Shown: piece after piece, positions 11,201 to 22,966 of the stretch
How positions within the stretch are numbered: the stretch's first letter is position 1
Layout of the letters: every line of letters starts with the position of its first letter
Assembly (NCBI GenBank): GCA_964276515.1
Contig: OZ193910.1
Coordinates: 1,922,001-1,986,000, forward strand
Direction: 5' to 3'
Source: Gordius albopunctatus
Lineage: Eukaryota
DNA length: 64,000 nt
Made by a program: the position numbers and the translations under genes
The notes under the pieces: model-generated
Seen by the model: the letters and a program-made list of their open reading frames with translations, nothing else
Told to the model about the DNA's origin: nothing
Databases searched by the model: none

Positions 11201-14200
11201 AGCCAGCATTGGAATTAGACAGGGGCAAAATGATTATTATGTGAAAATTAGGCTATAATTTTAATATATTTCAACAAATTTTTGGATTTAGAGCTGGCTT
11301 ATGCTCTCATAATATTTATTTTTTCTCTTAGTATATTATTATATGGTTGTAAATTTTATTTATAAAACTCTACATTCCCACAGATAACGCCGATACGAAA
11401 GAGTTGTGAAACGACCATAGACCCCGGCTATATTAGCCTGCCACGGGAAATTCAATATCCTACCGGCGATGGTTTTACAGCTTACGCTTTCTACTACGCC
11501 CCCCAAGTTTTTACTTTTTCAAAATTTCCTCCGTTTAAATTTATTATTTTTTCCAAATGTATCATTAAGGTATCACGGCAAACGTCAAAATTAAGTAGTA
11601 ATTTCGCGCGTTTCATTTTAATGAGCCCAAGATTCAAGCAGTTGACAAATATTCTGGCTAGAATTGAAATGCGCTTATAACATATCGTAAAAGTCTTTGG
11701 GCCGATATCTTATCCAGGCTTTATTGACAAAACAATATTTAGTTTTATGTAAAGAGGGCCCGATTTACGACGGGTGGTAACCGCGAATCAAACAATATAA
11801 CTCTAATTATCATGCCATATGATGGGAGACAATTTAAATTAGAGACTAGTTTGATTAAATTTTCCCCATCTCTTTTAGAGCGTGTCTCGAAAATGATAAC
11901 AGACGTATACCGGTTTAGCTCTTATTGGAGCTGCTCATATCATCAGTATGCCATAGTTAATTTTCTAGCCACGTAGTTATCGAGATAGGTAAAGGCGGCG
12001 GATTAGATCGAGTTCACGTTTATGGCGGCTAAAACTATTTTAGTTTTGTTTGCCTATTTTCAAACGCTTTCCCAACCCATAAAAGAAGCATCATCATAAT
12101 TATAACCTTAGAATAAAGATTTTTTGGGCCAGACCGGAGCATTGCCGCCTCTATTAGTGACTAGCCATGTCGGACCTACCGCAAAAAAATCGGATGCTTT
12201 TAGCCTTCGAACGCAGTACTTTACATCTCGCGGTTTCGCTGTGCTGGACGTCAACTATAGGGGAAGTAGCGGGTATGGGAAGTCCTACCGAAATGCCCTG
12301 TACAAAAAGTAAGGTTAAGGCACGTATAATATTTTTGTTGCTAATTTCAAAATGGCGTCGGGAACGCTGTTGCTTGTACGATCGTTATCACTAAATTCGT
12401 AGGAAATTGCGTTACTAGTCACCCGTCCGTGGATTAGATAGAGAAACGAGAGCGCCCCTGTAACTGTTTTATAGCCAGGCCCTTGGGTACATTACAATTC
12501 TGGAATATTTTTTTCGTTGTCGAATAAAATGAAAGTTATGACCGCTGGCTAAATTTAATTTTTCTGACCCTGGCCGCAAGCCAAAATCTTTATTTTGCAG
12601 CTGGCATTTGTACATTTTGGTGTTTGTGCTGAAAGATAATTTGTAGCTTAAAAAGCATAACGACCACTGGAAAACTGTCCACAAATAAATAATGACCGCT
12701 CGCTGTTTGCGTTTAATTAGTCTAATCCCGGCCACAAATTGATGGTTTTGATGGGCTTTTATTTTTGTGCCTCAATCTTTCATTTTTATCATAATTAGGA
12801 ACTACGAGTCTGACTAAACACCTAAAAAATAAAGACCACCGTTGCAGGGGCCTAGCTAGGGGGTGGTAGGGAGGGGCCGCTGCCCCCCCCCTCTAAATCG
12901 GGAAAATTTAATGTAATTAAGGTTAAAATTATTTAAAATTATCATTTTGCCCCTCTTTAAATCATTATTGCCCCCCTATAAATCGTATCATATGTCGTAA
13001 AACGATAATTTATTAGTTGGGGCCTTTACGACGTCGAAGATTGCTGTGCCGGAGCCCTCTACTTGGCTGGGATCCTAAAATGCGTAGACGAAAATATGCT
13101 GTGCATAGACGGAGGCTCGGCCGGGGGCTACACGACCCTAGCCTGCCTCACCTTTAGACCCGAAGTTTTCAAGGCTGGTAAGAAAGGCTCGCTATAAATT
13201 AACCCGTCTTTCCTGTCATCGAAGAATTGTGACACTTATGTTTGAAGAAGTGCATGGGCCTAGCCAGGAGGGGGGGGGGTGCGGCACCGAAGGGCGACTT
13301 CCCCCCCTCTAAATCCAAAAATCCGTTGAAATTTATTAAAATTTTTGAAAAATGATCATTTTATCCTTCCCTAAATCAAGTTAGTTTTAAACTGGTCCAC
13401 CAAAATCTATATTCGTTGCATAGTAGTTTAAACTAGTGCTGTAGAAACGGCTGGCTTTCGCTTCCTCGACCTTTGGTTTCACTAGGACTAACGGTCTACC
13501 CCTGTCTGTTTTTCAAATTTTGACTAAGCCTAGAGGTCTACAAAGAAAAACAGAGACCAAAAAATCTTATGTTTTTACCCCTATTTATTAAGCAATGGTC
13601 TTCGTTAGGATTATGGCTTAAAGAGTAGATTGGGAACTGCCTCGCCCTTCACCTTAAATTTAATAATTGCAAATTTATCATCGTTTGAATCATCTTTCGT
13701 TTGAACCTTGTTCGTGATAATTTGGGCGCCATATTTAAAACATCTCTTATCAGCTTTAGTGATAATTTTGGAATGATATTTTAGGCGTATCTCGGTACGG
13801 GATAGGAGATTTATGTGCTTTTGCCGCCGATACACATAAATTCGAAAAATACTACAACGATAAGCTGATTGGTCCATTTTCGACGCATAGCGACGTTTGG
13901 CGCCAAAGATCGCCAATCAACCACTGCCAAAACCTGAGCGCGCCAGTTGCCTTTTTCCACGGCACCGAGGATAAAGTGCGATCGATTTGGCGCACTTTTA
14001 TTCTTGACTCGCAAATTTGCATTTCATAATACATACAAATTATAATTTGTTTCCATATGTTTGGAATGGATTTTTAGATGTGTTATATTTGACTGGCAAT
14101 AAAAATATGAGTGAATATATGTATGTCTTATCTGTCCAGCGCCAGCGTTACGATACTCCCCCCGCATTTCCTTGAAATTGTGATAACTGTTTACATGGGC

Positions 14201-15180
14201 GTGACTAGTGTTCGATTATTTTAAAATTTTACCCTTAATTATATTAAATTTTGAAGGCTTTTTGAACAAAATAAATTCTTAGATAAATACAATCATCGTT
14301 TAGATTTTATTCATGAGCACTTTGGCAAAGAGAAATTAAAGCTTGAGCTTAATAATAATTCGTGATTTTGGTGTTTTTTATTTATATCTATCACTGATAT
14401 AAAGATTCAATTAATAACGAACCCAGGTCGTGCCTATGAACCAAGCTCAAGCTATGTATGAGAAACTGAAGGCCAAAGGAGTGCCCACTGCCCTGGTTTT
14501 GTTCGAAGGTTAGACCCGGAGACCGATTCAATTTATATTATCTTAACCAACATCTGTTATTGTTGCCATGACTACTGTTGTAAAAACGGTCTTTGCGACC
14601 CTCGAAGGCGGGGCCATGTCGCAAAACTCGGCGCGCATGCGCTTCTAGAACACCTGGCACTACCCTCAGAGAGTCCGACCCCACCGGTCAACTAAAACCA
14701 AACGTCGACCAGTCAAAACCCAACCCTTTTTACAACATTAGCCATTATAGTGGCCCCCCTTAATTATGATTTTCTTGGCGCAAACTTGCTTTTAAATCTT
14801 TAAAAATCATAAATTACTGATCAACCCCCTCTGTTTTTCCCTATAAAAATGTATTTAAAAGAGAATAGTGGATTTTTGGTTAGATTTACATTTATTATAT
14901 CGATATTTTAAACGATATTCAATTATGAATAATATATATTTCTAATCTGCGGTTTAAATATTTTTAAGCTTATTGAGTAATGAATGGGTATTGCTTTTTA
15001 AATTTATTCTTATTTTATGCCCGTTCCTTAATTGCAGGAGAGGGCCATGGTTTCCGAGCTGCAAAGAATATCAAGACGGCGCTGGACGGCGAAATTTATT
15101 TTTTTGCTAAAATATTCGGTTTCGAACCAGACATACCAGTCGAAATAAGTGAACAGGTTATTTTTTTGAAATCTTTTTAA
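8236..15180 (+). CDS. Prolyl oligopeptidase family (S9, acylaminoacyl/dipeptidyl-peptidase-like) serine peptidase, ~13 exons
   Basis: ATG 8236 [15 protein letters not shown]. Spliced exons give [47 protein letters not shown], nucleophile GGSAGG (Ser 13117-13119), HGTEDK (Asp 13970-13972) and GEGHGF (His 15046-15048). GT-AG junctions preserve frame; stop at 15178-15180. Confidence 0.92.
9072..9398. mobile_element. Tc1/mariner (pogo-like) MITE, copy 2, in a peptidase intron
   Basis: TA|CAGTCAAAAC...GTTTTGACTG|TA: ~24-bp imperfect TIRs with a TA TSD. Confidence 0.9.
10970..11190 (-). mobile_element. RTE LINE 3' fragment
   Basis: Minus-strand [21 protein letters not shown] and 3' end GGGACCAAATA..GATA.AAGAAG, as at 53670-53840. 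Confidence 0.85.
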
Positions 15181-15921
15181 TTTATCATATTTTACATAAG
15201 AAAGATTATTTAAATAAAAAATTAAATTTAAATTCCAATGCTACTACGACGCCATATAAGGATTTTTAATTTATGTTGGTCCTTTATCGTATTTTCCAAT
15301 GCAATTTGCCAAAAAACTAATTCTCGGTAATGTAATTTAAATATTAAGTAGAAAAGGAATCTTTTTGCACAAATTTAAAATCGTTCTGCGGTTAATTAAT
15401 AACACCATGAACCATACGCGCTTATGCGTTTCTAATTTAAATGCCTTAATTTATCCATCAGAATCTTTTTTACACATTTTGAAAAAAATTTAAATAATAC
15501 AATCTATTTACACTTTTTCATACACGTTTTTACGAATCATTATAAAATTGTATGCTAAAATTACTGATAGGAAATTTAAATTTTTGAGGTATTTATGTTT
15601 TTCCACGTTCCTTCTCCCTCCGTGTAAGAGATTAGATTGAAGAGGTTGGGGAGCTCTTACTCTTAGATTTTGCAAATATGTCTACCTCAGTAAAGTGCCA
15701 ACAAGCATTTGCGTGCATATGGTATGATTGCTACGCCCACGGGTCTTTTACATTCAGTAGAGCTTAGGCCTGTGGGTTTTAGTGAGTTGGGAAAGCCGGC
15801 TTTTTATAATGTTTGCCCCAAAATTTTGCTAATCATGTTATGCCAGGGTTGATGTATTAGTAGTGTAGGAAGAGCTGAGCGCTTACCAAAACGGGTTGGC
15901 GAAGGTCCCAATGGAAGGGAT

Positions 15922-16058
15922 TAGTGCTGCAAAAACGGCTGGATTTTGCCTGGTCCACCTTTGGTTTTAGTCGACTAAACACAAAGAGACCAAAGAATTT
16001 TGGGTCAAGTCGACTTTAAGACTTGTCGAATCTCGAAAAAGCCGTTTTCACAACACTA
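15922..16058. mobile_element. hAT-type MITE, family B, with 8-bp TSD
   Basis: TIRs TAGTGCTGCAAAAACGGC / GCCGTTTTCACAACACTA; exact TSD GAAGGGAT at 15914-15921 and 16059-16066. Confidence 0.92.
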
Positions 16059-17234
16059 GAAGGGATACACAATGTCACAACGTTCCTCTTCCGACAAATA
16101 TACCTGGTATTGACTTGGAAGGAGCTCGAATTGCCCCCGACGGACGCCCAATCGAAATGAAGATTTCCCAAAGATAGGTTGTTCGAAGAGAGGCAAGCTA
16201 CGGAACGTGCTATCATTAATAACTCCCTTTCCTTTTGGGTGTTCCTGGTGGATAAGGACTCTAGCTTGGGTCGTCCCATGCAAAGGGCACTACGAGGTGC
16301 GGGTCTGGCATGTGAAAAAGATGCTTAATTAGGTGGTCCGTTGATGAGCGGGACGTAATGAAACCTGCAAGTGATGGGGTGTATTTCGATGCCTCCACTC
16401 TTGAAGAGTATGGTGGTTTGAAGCCATTGAATTAGGCAAAATTTTAGGTTAAAGCGGCGTCCGCGTACCAATAAAATTTTCTTTCCAACGGCGTAGCGTA
16501 AGTTTATGTGCAGAGAATCGTAGTTAATTTTAGGTATTAAAAGCACCTTTTTTAAGAAACAAACGTTCCAGGGCATGACTTATGGGGTCGATTGAGTTGG
16601 AAAAATTCTCTAGCAAAGATTTGAAGGATTTGGCCACTCCTATAGGAAGGAGCACCTAAATACTGAAAACTGTCTCTGCTAATGAATGGGAACGGGAGGG
16701 AGTCGATTGTGGCTGGGATCGTTTGTGAAAATCTTATATTTGGCTGCGTTGCGGCTTATTGATATTGATCATCTTCGGGACTGCATCGGCTCGGCATGCC
16801 AAAAATCAATCACCGTGGTACCAAAGGTTGCAGGAAAGGGGTACAAGAGAGGAGAGTTTACGCCGATGTAGGAATAGCCATACGTAAGGTAGGAACCCTC
16901 GGGATTGTCTAGTTGGATACGTTGAAATGGAATGTGGAAATGTAGGGTTGTCATAACTATAATGTGAACTGATGGAATTCAGTTTTACCATCATGACAAT
17001 TGGATAGGTAGATTCGAGAAAAGTTGGAGTATTCCCGCCAAAATCAAGTTGGTTTTAGGGGTATTTTACGAGAAGTGATTATTTTTAAGCCTAAGCGTCG
17101 AAGGACTCATTTAACAATGGTGGCTTTGGAACATGGGACCGTTAAGTTGAGGTTTTGGGAGTATATTGGTCGGGTATCGTCGAGATTTTCGACAGAGCCC
17201 TCTTTAAAAAACTTAAGAGCTTCACTTCCTGTAG

Positions 17235-17365
17235 CATGGGCGGCCAGGGGGGGTAGGGAGGAGTTTCTGCCCCCTTCTAAATTCAAAAAATGGTTAAAAC
17301 TTATTTAAATATGGCTAAAATTTCAAAAAGATCATTTTGCCCCCCCCATGCTGGCTACGCTTATG
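17235..17365. mobile_element. hAT-type MITE, family A, with 8-bp TSD (about 15 further copies or fragments in the window)
   Basis: Ends CATGGGCG..GCCAG / CTGGCTACGCTTATG; exact TSD TCCTGTAG at 17227-17234 and 17366-17373. Related copies near 11192, 12845, 13253, 27330, 29073, 31068, 34250, 38470, 41395, 46110, 46468, 53939, 58345, 62354 and 62576. Confidence 0.9.
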
Positions 17366-18039
17366 TCCTGTAGGGTGAAGTTTATGAGGGAGATGTTGGG
17401 AAAGTTTAGGGGTCGGGTTCATATAGATAACCTTCTGGATGCTTAGGTTGGATGAGTTCAAAGGTGACATTGTTGATTGTACTAGAGAGTCAGCCGATTC
17501 TATTTTTACCTGAGTGTCAAACTAATTTTCATGTTGTTGATTTTGTTGGCAATCATTAACTTTTTTGTTTAGTGTGCTACGGTCGTGGTCGGGCTTTATA
17601 AGTTGGTAGGGGGCTTGGGGAGAACAAATTTGCAATTTATGCTTTGTAAATTAGATGCGGATGTCAAGTGTGTGAAAACTTAGGATAAAAAGGCATTCCC
17701 AGTCCTCATGATCAATAGATTTGTAAGTGATTAAGAAGGTACTAAAAATCTCGCCACCTTCTAAGGACAATATCAGTCTTTTGGAGAGATACTATTTCAT
17801 TAGTAAAAGATGTATAGTACCTTGAAAAAAGCTGTTAGTCGATATTGTTGTTATACCTGTGAGGAAAGAGTTGGAATCGTTATCACTATTGCGAGATGGA
17901 CAATTTGTAATAAATAGGCACGTCAAGTAGGGGAAATATATAGAAGCATGAGGATAAAAAATAGGGTTTTCATGGAGCATATCAGTTTCATAGGATAAGT
18001 AAGATTAACTTGATGCTTCCATAAGTCATTGAGCCCCTA

Positions 18040-18870
18040 ACTCCCCACCACCCATTCACTAAGGCCTCACGCTTCTCTCCGGTTTTTCTTAGCATAAACC
18101 TTCGTGGCGGAATCTAAAAGAAGATTACGTTGCTAATTGAACGGCTTCACCTAAAATTTACCCACTTCAATGGCTCCAAGACACCGTTTGCTCCAAGTGT
18201 GGTGATATCGGCATCCAGCCTCCACCCCCCCTTATTTAATATTAGTAGCAGATTACATCTGATCCTGGGTATCAACGGGCTGCCTAATCAAGCAACTAAC
18301 CTGCAACCCAAACCCTTACCTCGACAACGCACATGATGCTTACGACGACCCCAAGCTAGAGTTCTTAACTATCCATCTGGAACCACCCAAAAGTAATGGA
18401 ATTACAACAACTGATCTTTGGAAAGTCTTCCGTTTTAATTGGGCGTCCGCCGGGGATACTTGTCGAGCGAGGAACTTACATTGTGCCTCCCTTCAATTGC
18501 GACGTCTATCGCCTAGTAAACGATCTTCATTCCCTAGAGTACCAATACAGCGAAGTACTGTATCTGTCAAACCAAGATCAAGAAAATCATCGGGTAATTT
18601 CGAACTTATAGGCTTAAAGCTTAATGGATGGCAATAGACCCAAGGCCTTACAATCATACCATGGGCTCGTGGTCTAAGTGCTTGATAGAAATTTACTGCG
18701 GTAGAAATGTTTGCTGAATTTTACAGCTCCCCCGACCTTTCTCTCCTACGGGCAGAAGGAAAGTGTAAAAATATAATTACCTCAACAATTTAATTTGATC
18801 CCAGTAGCAGCATAGCCCTCGGTAACTAAAGACCCGAGGATCGATTACGTAAACAAAACGACCCCTAAGA
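18040..18870 (+). mobile_element. Degenerate CRE-like retrotransposon 3' remnant
   Basis: QWLQDTVCSKCGDIGIQP at ~18168 and RP-GLTIIPWARG at ~18635; inverted homolog of 15600-16430. Confidence 0.65.
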
Positions 18871-20049
18871 ATTTTTTAAGTCTTAAATTTGGAATAATCT
18901 ATAAATGATTTATTTTAATTTGTGAATTTAGATCAAGATAGATAATTTAATAGAAAATGGTAGCGATCATAGGTCCGAAGACGTACTATAAAGATGTGTC
19001 CATTATCATCATAATAAAAAACATGACATTAAAAATTTATATATTCCTATCGGCAATAAAATTGTGAAAATAAAAAAGGTGAATTTTGTATAAAATGTGT
19101 ATATGAAAAGGAAATGGTATTAAAAAGTAGCCCTGGGGCTCGTAGGCTTTTTGATGTCAGGGCAAGTGTCTTCACAGTTGCTGGTACATAAATCGCAAAC
19201 CGATTTGATTTTCTCCGTAACCGCGTCGAGAAATTTAACGATCGCCATTTCTATGCCAAAAAAATTTAGGTTACACATTTTTTATAATGGACTTTGGGAT
19301 TCCATCTCGTTATTTGACTTAATACCTTTATAATTTATCAAAATTTCTTCACTATGTTTGGAAATGAAGTGCAATAGAATACACAGTATAGTACTTATGC
19401 GATTTTTACTAGCACATCGCTCTCTTCCTCCTTCACTTACTCTTTTCACCCCTCCCCCCCTTTTCTTTCGCATCCATTCGCCACGCCTCCCTATCTAGAC
19501 AAGCGCACAAAAAGGAGGTGGTAGTTGAGGATTTGAAAGCCTAAGTATGGATTCTGTTTTCCTAGACTTAATCGGAGAAATTTTAATGGTGGGGTCTAGA
19601 CTAAAAAATGATCTATAGGATTATATTAATATTTAAAATAATTGAAAATTGCATAGGAGCCTAGCTTTATAAAACGTTTATTTTTGGCACCTTTATCCTC
19701 ATTTATCATATTATGTTATATCGGAAATATCAATTCAATTGTGGATTCCCTTGAAATTTTGCTTGAATTTGATTCAAAAAAGTAGCTAAATAAGTTTGGC
19801 CTATAGGGACAAATGTTTTGTTTTTAAGCCGATTCCTAATTTATCTATTTTAGAGATTTTTCTTTTTATCGAGTATTAGGTCCCGCTCATCTTGATCTAT
19901 TAGGGCCATATTGGGATTATCTGCCTAGTTTTCATAACTTTGTCTATTTGCCTTTTCCAGGTAACACGAGGTCGTCCTGTCACCTCCATGTCGAATACTT
20001 TTCCTTTTAAATATTTCGCCCCTCCTCTTTTTTTTAAATAGCTCCGCCA
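18541..20049 (+). repeat. Segmental duplication copy B
   Basis: Colinear near-identity with 1-1703. Confidence 0.95.
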
Positions 20050-20850
20050 TTTGTTGAAGCTGCATGTTTGCCCTGAAACAGTCAATTGTCATGTGGTCGA
20101 ACTTAGCGTTAGCATACCCTAAGGTCCACCATATTATTCTCATCTCCGTAGCTTTAATAAATTTTGTGGCAACAGGTGTCTTATGTTAGATTCATGAGCT
20201 TTGCTCTTTAACCAATAGAATCCAGCGATGGGGCTTTTGTTACCTTCATTTTCATGTATTCCGTCTTTCGATTATTGATAGTTATACCATATCCAGCTAA
20301 GCGTGAGGTATTTAATATCATCATAAGATTTATTGTCCCCATGTCGTTTTAACGCAAGAATTTAAGGATTGTTTTCATGGGCCTACATGGGTAAGGGATA
20401 TTTTGCTTTACAAGCATTACCATATAAAATTGCGAGGAACTAGGCCAAGAAGCCTTTCTAAGTCAATAAGGACCATATTTTCCCTATTCCCATTTTATCC
20501 ATGATTTGTTTTAGTGCGAAATTCGATTGTTATTTTTCTGTTGGTTAGCCGATATTTTAACCTCGTTTTTCAGACTCGGTACTAAGATTCTTTCCCTTAA
20601 GCTTAAGGGGCAATTGAGCTCTATATCTCTGTAATTGCCACACATCTTAACGTGCTTTCTGCTGTTAAATAATAAATATATTCTATTTTCCATTGATTAA
20701 TCGGTCTTCTACCAATATCTTGTTAAATAGGTTCGTCATGGTCGTGACTCCTTATTGGCTTCCAATCCATGCATCCATAGGAATTCCATCTGAGTCATTG
20801 GCTTTAGGTTTATTCCCTCTCGTTTTAAACTGTTTTAATGACTCAGAAAT
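19860..20850 (-). mobile_element. RTE LINE, 3' part (RT region, deleted), interrupted by the Gypsy fold-back
   Basis: DGIPMDAW, CGNYRDI, MRIIWWTLGY and GRPRVTWK remnants, homologous to 52400-53824. Confidence 0.85.
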
Positions 20851-22462
20851 GTCTGGTTTGGGTGAATTTGGGTCAACTGATGCATTAGGGTTATCAATCT
20901 TAGGCATGAGGAAAGCTGACTTTAATCGATCGATCGAGACAATGTCTTTCCTCCCATTGTGGTATATGATATAAAATTTAGTATGTTTTTCAATCACTTT
21001 GAAAGGTCCTTCATAGGGGGGAAACAAGGCTTTGCGTAGCCGATAAGTCCTTATAAACATGAGTTGATGTAAATAAATTTCCGGACATTTGTTTGATGTT
21101 CGATGGTCTGGAAGGTGTAAATCGTACATCTTCGAACTGCTGTCTAAGGCGTTGGATGTAATCGGCGGCGTTTATGTCGTAATACGATGGTTGTAAAAAA
21201 TCTCCTACCGTATACCAACTCAGCGCTTGAACAGGCGAGGTCTTCCTTGACGGTGTTGCGAATCCTTAGGAGTACAAGGGGAATAAGTTCGGACCAACGG
21301 GTAACGTCACCTTTTGTCATGATGGAACTTTTGAGCTGTCGGTGAAATCGCTCTACCATCCAATTGGCTTGTGGATGGTAAGCTGTCGTAGTGATGTGAT
21401 GATACCCTAATAAAATAGATAATTGTTTAAAAAGGGCAGATTGGAATTGCGGTCCCCGGTCCGTGGTTAATGTCGCCGGAACACCAAAGTTGGCTATCCA
21501 GTATGTCAAAAATGTGCGTGCAACGGTTTCGGCTGTTGCGTCAATAATGGGAATTGCCATCGGCCATCGGGTGAAACGATCAACGGCAGTAAAAATATAA
21601 ATGTGGCCGTTAGAAGGTGGTAAGGGTCCGACGAGATCTACATGTACGTGGCTAAACCTTGCGTCTGGTTCAGCGAACGTGCCTGGGGTTGATATTACGT
21701 GTCTATTTACTTTGCATTTTTGACACGCAATGCATTGCTTTGTCCAATCGCGTACATCTTTGTTCATTCCCGGCCAGACGAAATGTTGGGCAATTAGTCT
21801 AAGTGTTGGGCGTAAGGCTGGGTGAGAAAGACCATGTAGTTGATTAAAAACTATGCGTCGGAGTGTCCTAGGTACTAAAGGTCTCGAAGTCGATGCAGAT
21901 GTATCGCACGTAATAGTTAAATTTGTACCTGGAATTACGCGTTGTTCCAGTTTAAGACTTTCGAGCTCTTCTAGTTGATATTGCTTTTGTTTTTGTGTCA
22001 TAGCAATTCTTTCTGTGAGGGATGTTTTCGGCTGTTGGGTGGAGTTTGGTTGTTGTATGGAATCGATATCGATTCGGGACAAAGTGTCTGCTACTATATT
22101 CGCTTTACCTTTAATAAACTGTATATCTGAAGTAAATTGGGAGATATAGTCTAATTGTCGTATTTCGCGCGGCGAGTATTTATCGGGTTTAGAAGTGAGA
22201 GCATAAGTTAACGGCTTGTGATCAGTAAAAACCGTAAAATCGCGACCTTCTAAATATGTCGGTACTGTTTAATTGAAAGATAAATTGCTAGCAGTTCTTT
22301 CCCGAATGTAGTGTATCGAGTTTGTGTTTGGCTCAATTCCAGGGAGAAAAAGGATAAAGGACTAATTTCCCCTTTTACGATCTGATGTAAAACGGCTTCA
22401 ATGGCAGAGTTTGACGCGTCGGTTGTAATAGAGATGTTGGCACCATCCACCAAATAATTAAG

Positions 22463-22966
22463 GGTCGAGATTTCATCGAGCATTATTTTAATCTTGTGGA
22501 ATGCGTAGTGTGCACTCTGCGTCATGTCCAAAGGTCCTTTTGCGTCGTTGAGGAGCTCAGTCAGTGGTTGTAGATGGCAGGCACAGTTGGGTATAAAACG
22601 CCTGTAATATCCTTTTCTCCCTGAAATTGAGCAAAACACAAACTCGATACAGTACTTTCGGGAGAGAACTGCTAGCAATTTATCTTACAATTAAACAGTA
22701 CCGACATTTTAGAAGGTCGAGATTTCATCGAGCATTATTTTAATCTTGTGGAATGCGTAGTGTGCACTCTGCGTCATGTCCAAAGGTCCTTTTGCGTCGT
22801 TGAGGAGCTCAGTCAGTGGTTGTAGATGGCAGGCACAGTTGGGTATAAAACGCCTGTAATATCCTTTTCTCCCTGAAATTGAGCAAAACACAAACTCGAT
22901 ACAGTACTTTCGGGAGAGAACTGCTAGCAATTTATCTTACAATTAAACAGTACCGACATTTTAGAA
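22463..22966. repeat. 252-bp tandem duplication spanning the inversion junction
   Basis: 22463-22714 equals 22715-22966; the ORFs starting at 22678 and 22930 share an identical N-terminus, 252 bp apart. Confidence 0.95.

Larger units (their letters stand above)
15590..17560 (-). mobile_element. Degenerate CRE-like (RT-RLE) non-LTR retrotransposon remnant carrying two nested MITEs
   Basis: QWLQTTILFKSGGIEIHP (ORF 16325-16576) corresponds to SWLQATLPTKSGGLGIRSP of the 59888 ORF. Reverse-complement similarity to 18160-18770. Right boundary approximate. Confidence 0.65.

Noticed and set aside
8236..15180. Recent bacterial origin of the S9 peptidase
   Set aside because: It has ~12 spliceosomal introns and the subfamily occurs in eukaryotes; only a phylogeny could support transfer.
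4965..22607. The two minus-strand Gypsy pieces as halves of one element enclosing the peptidase gene
   Set aside because: Their overlapping RT/RNase H linker sequences differ at about half the residues, so they are different families.
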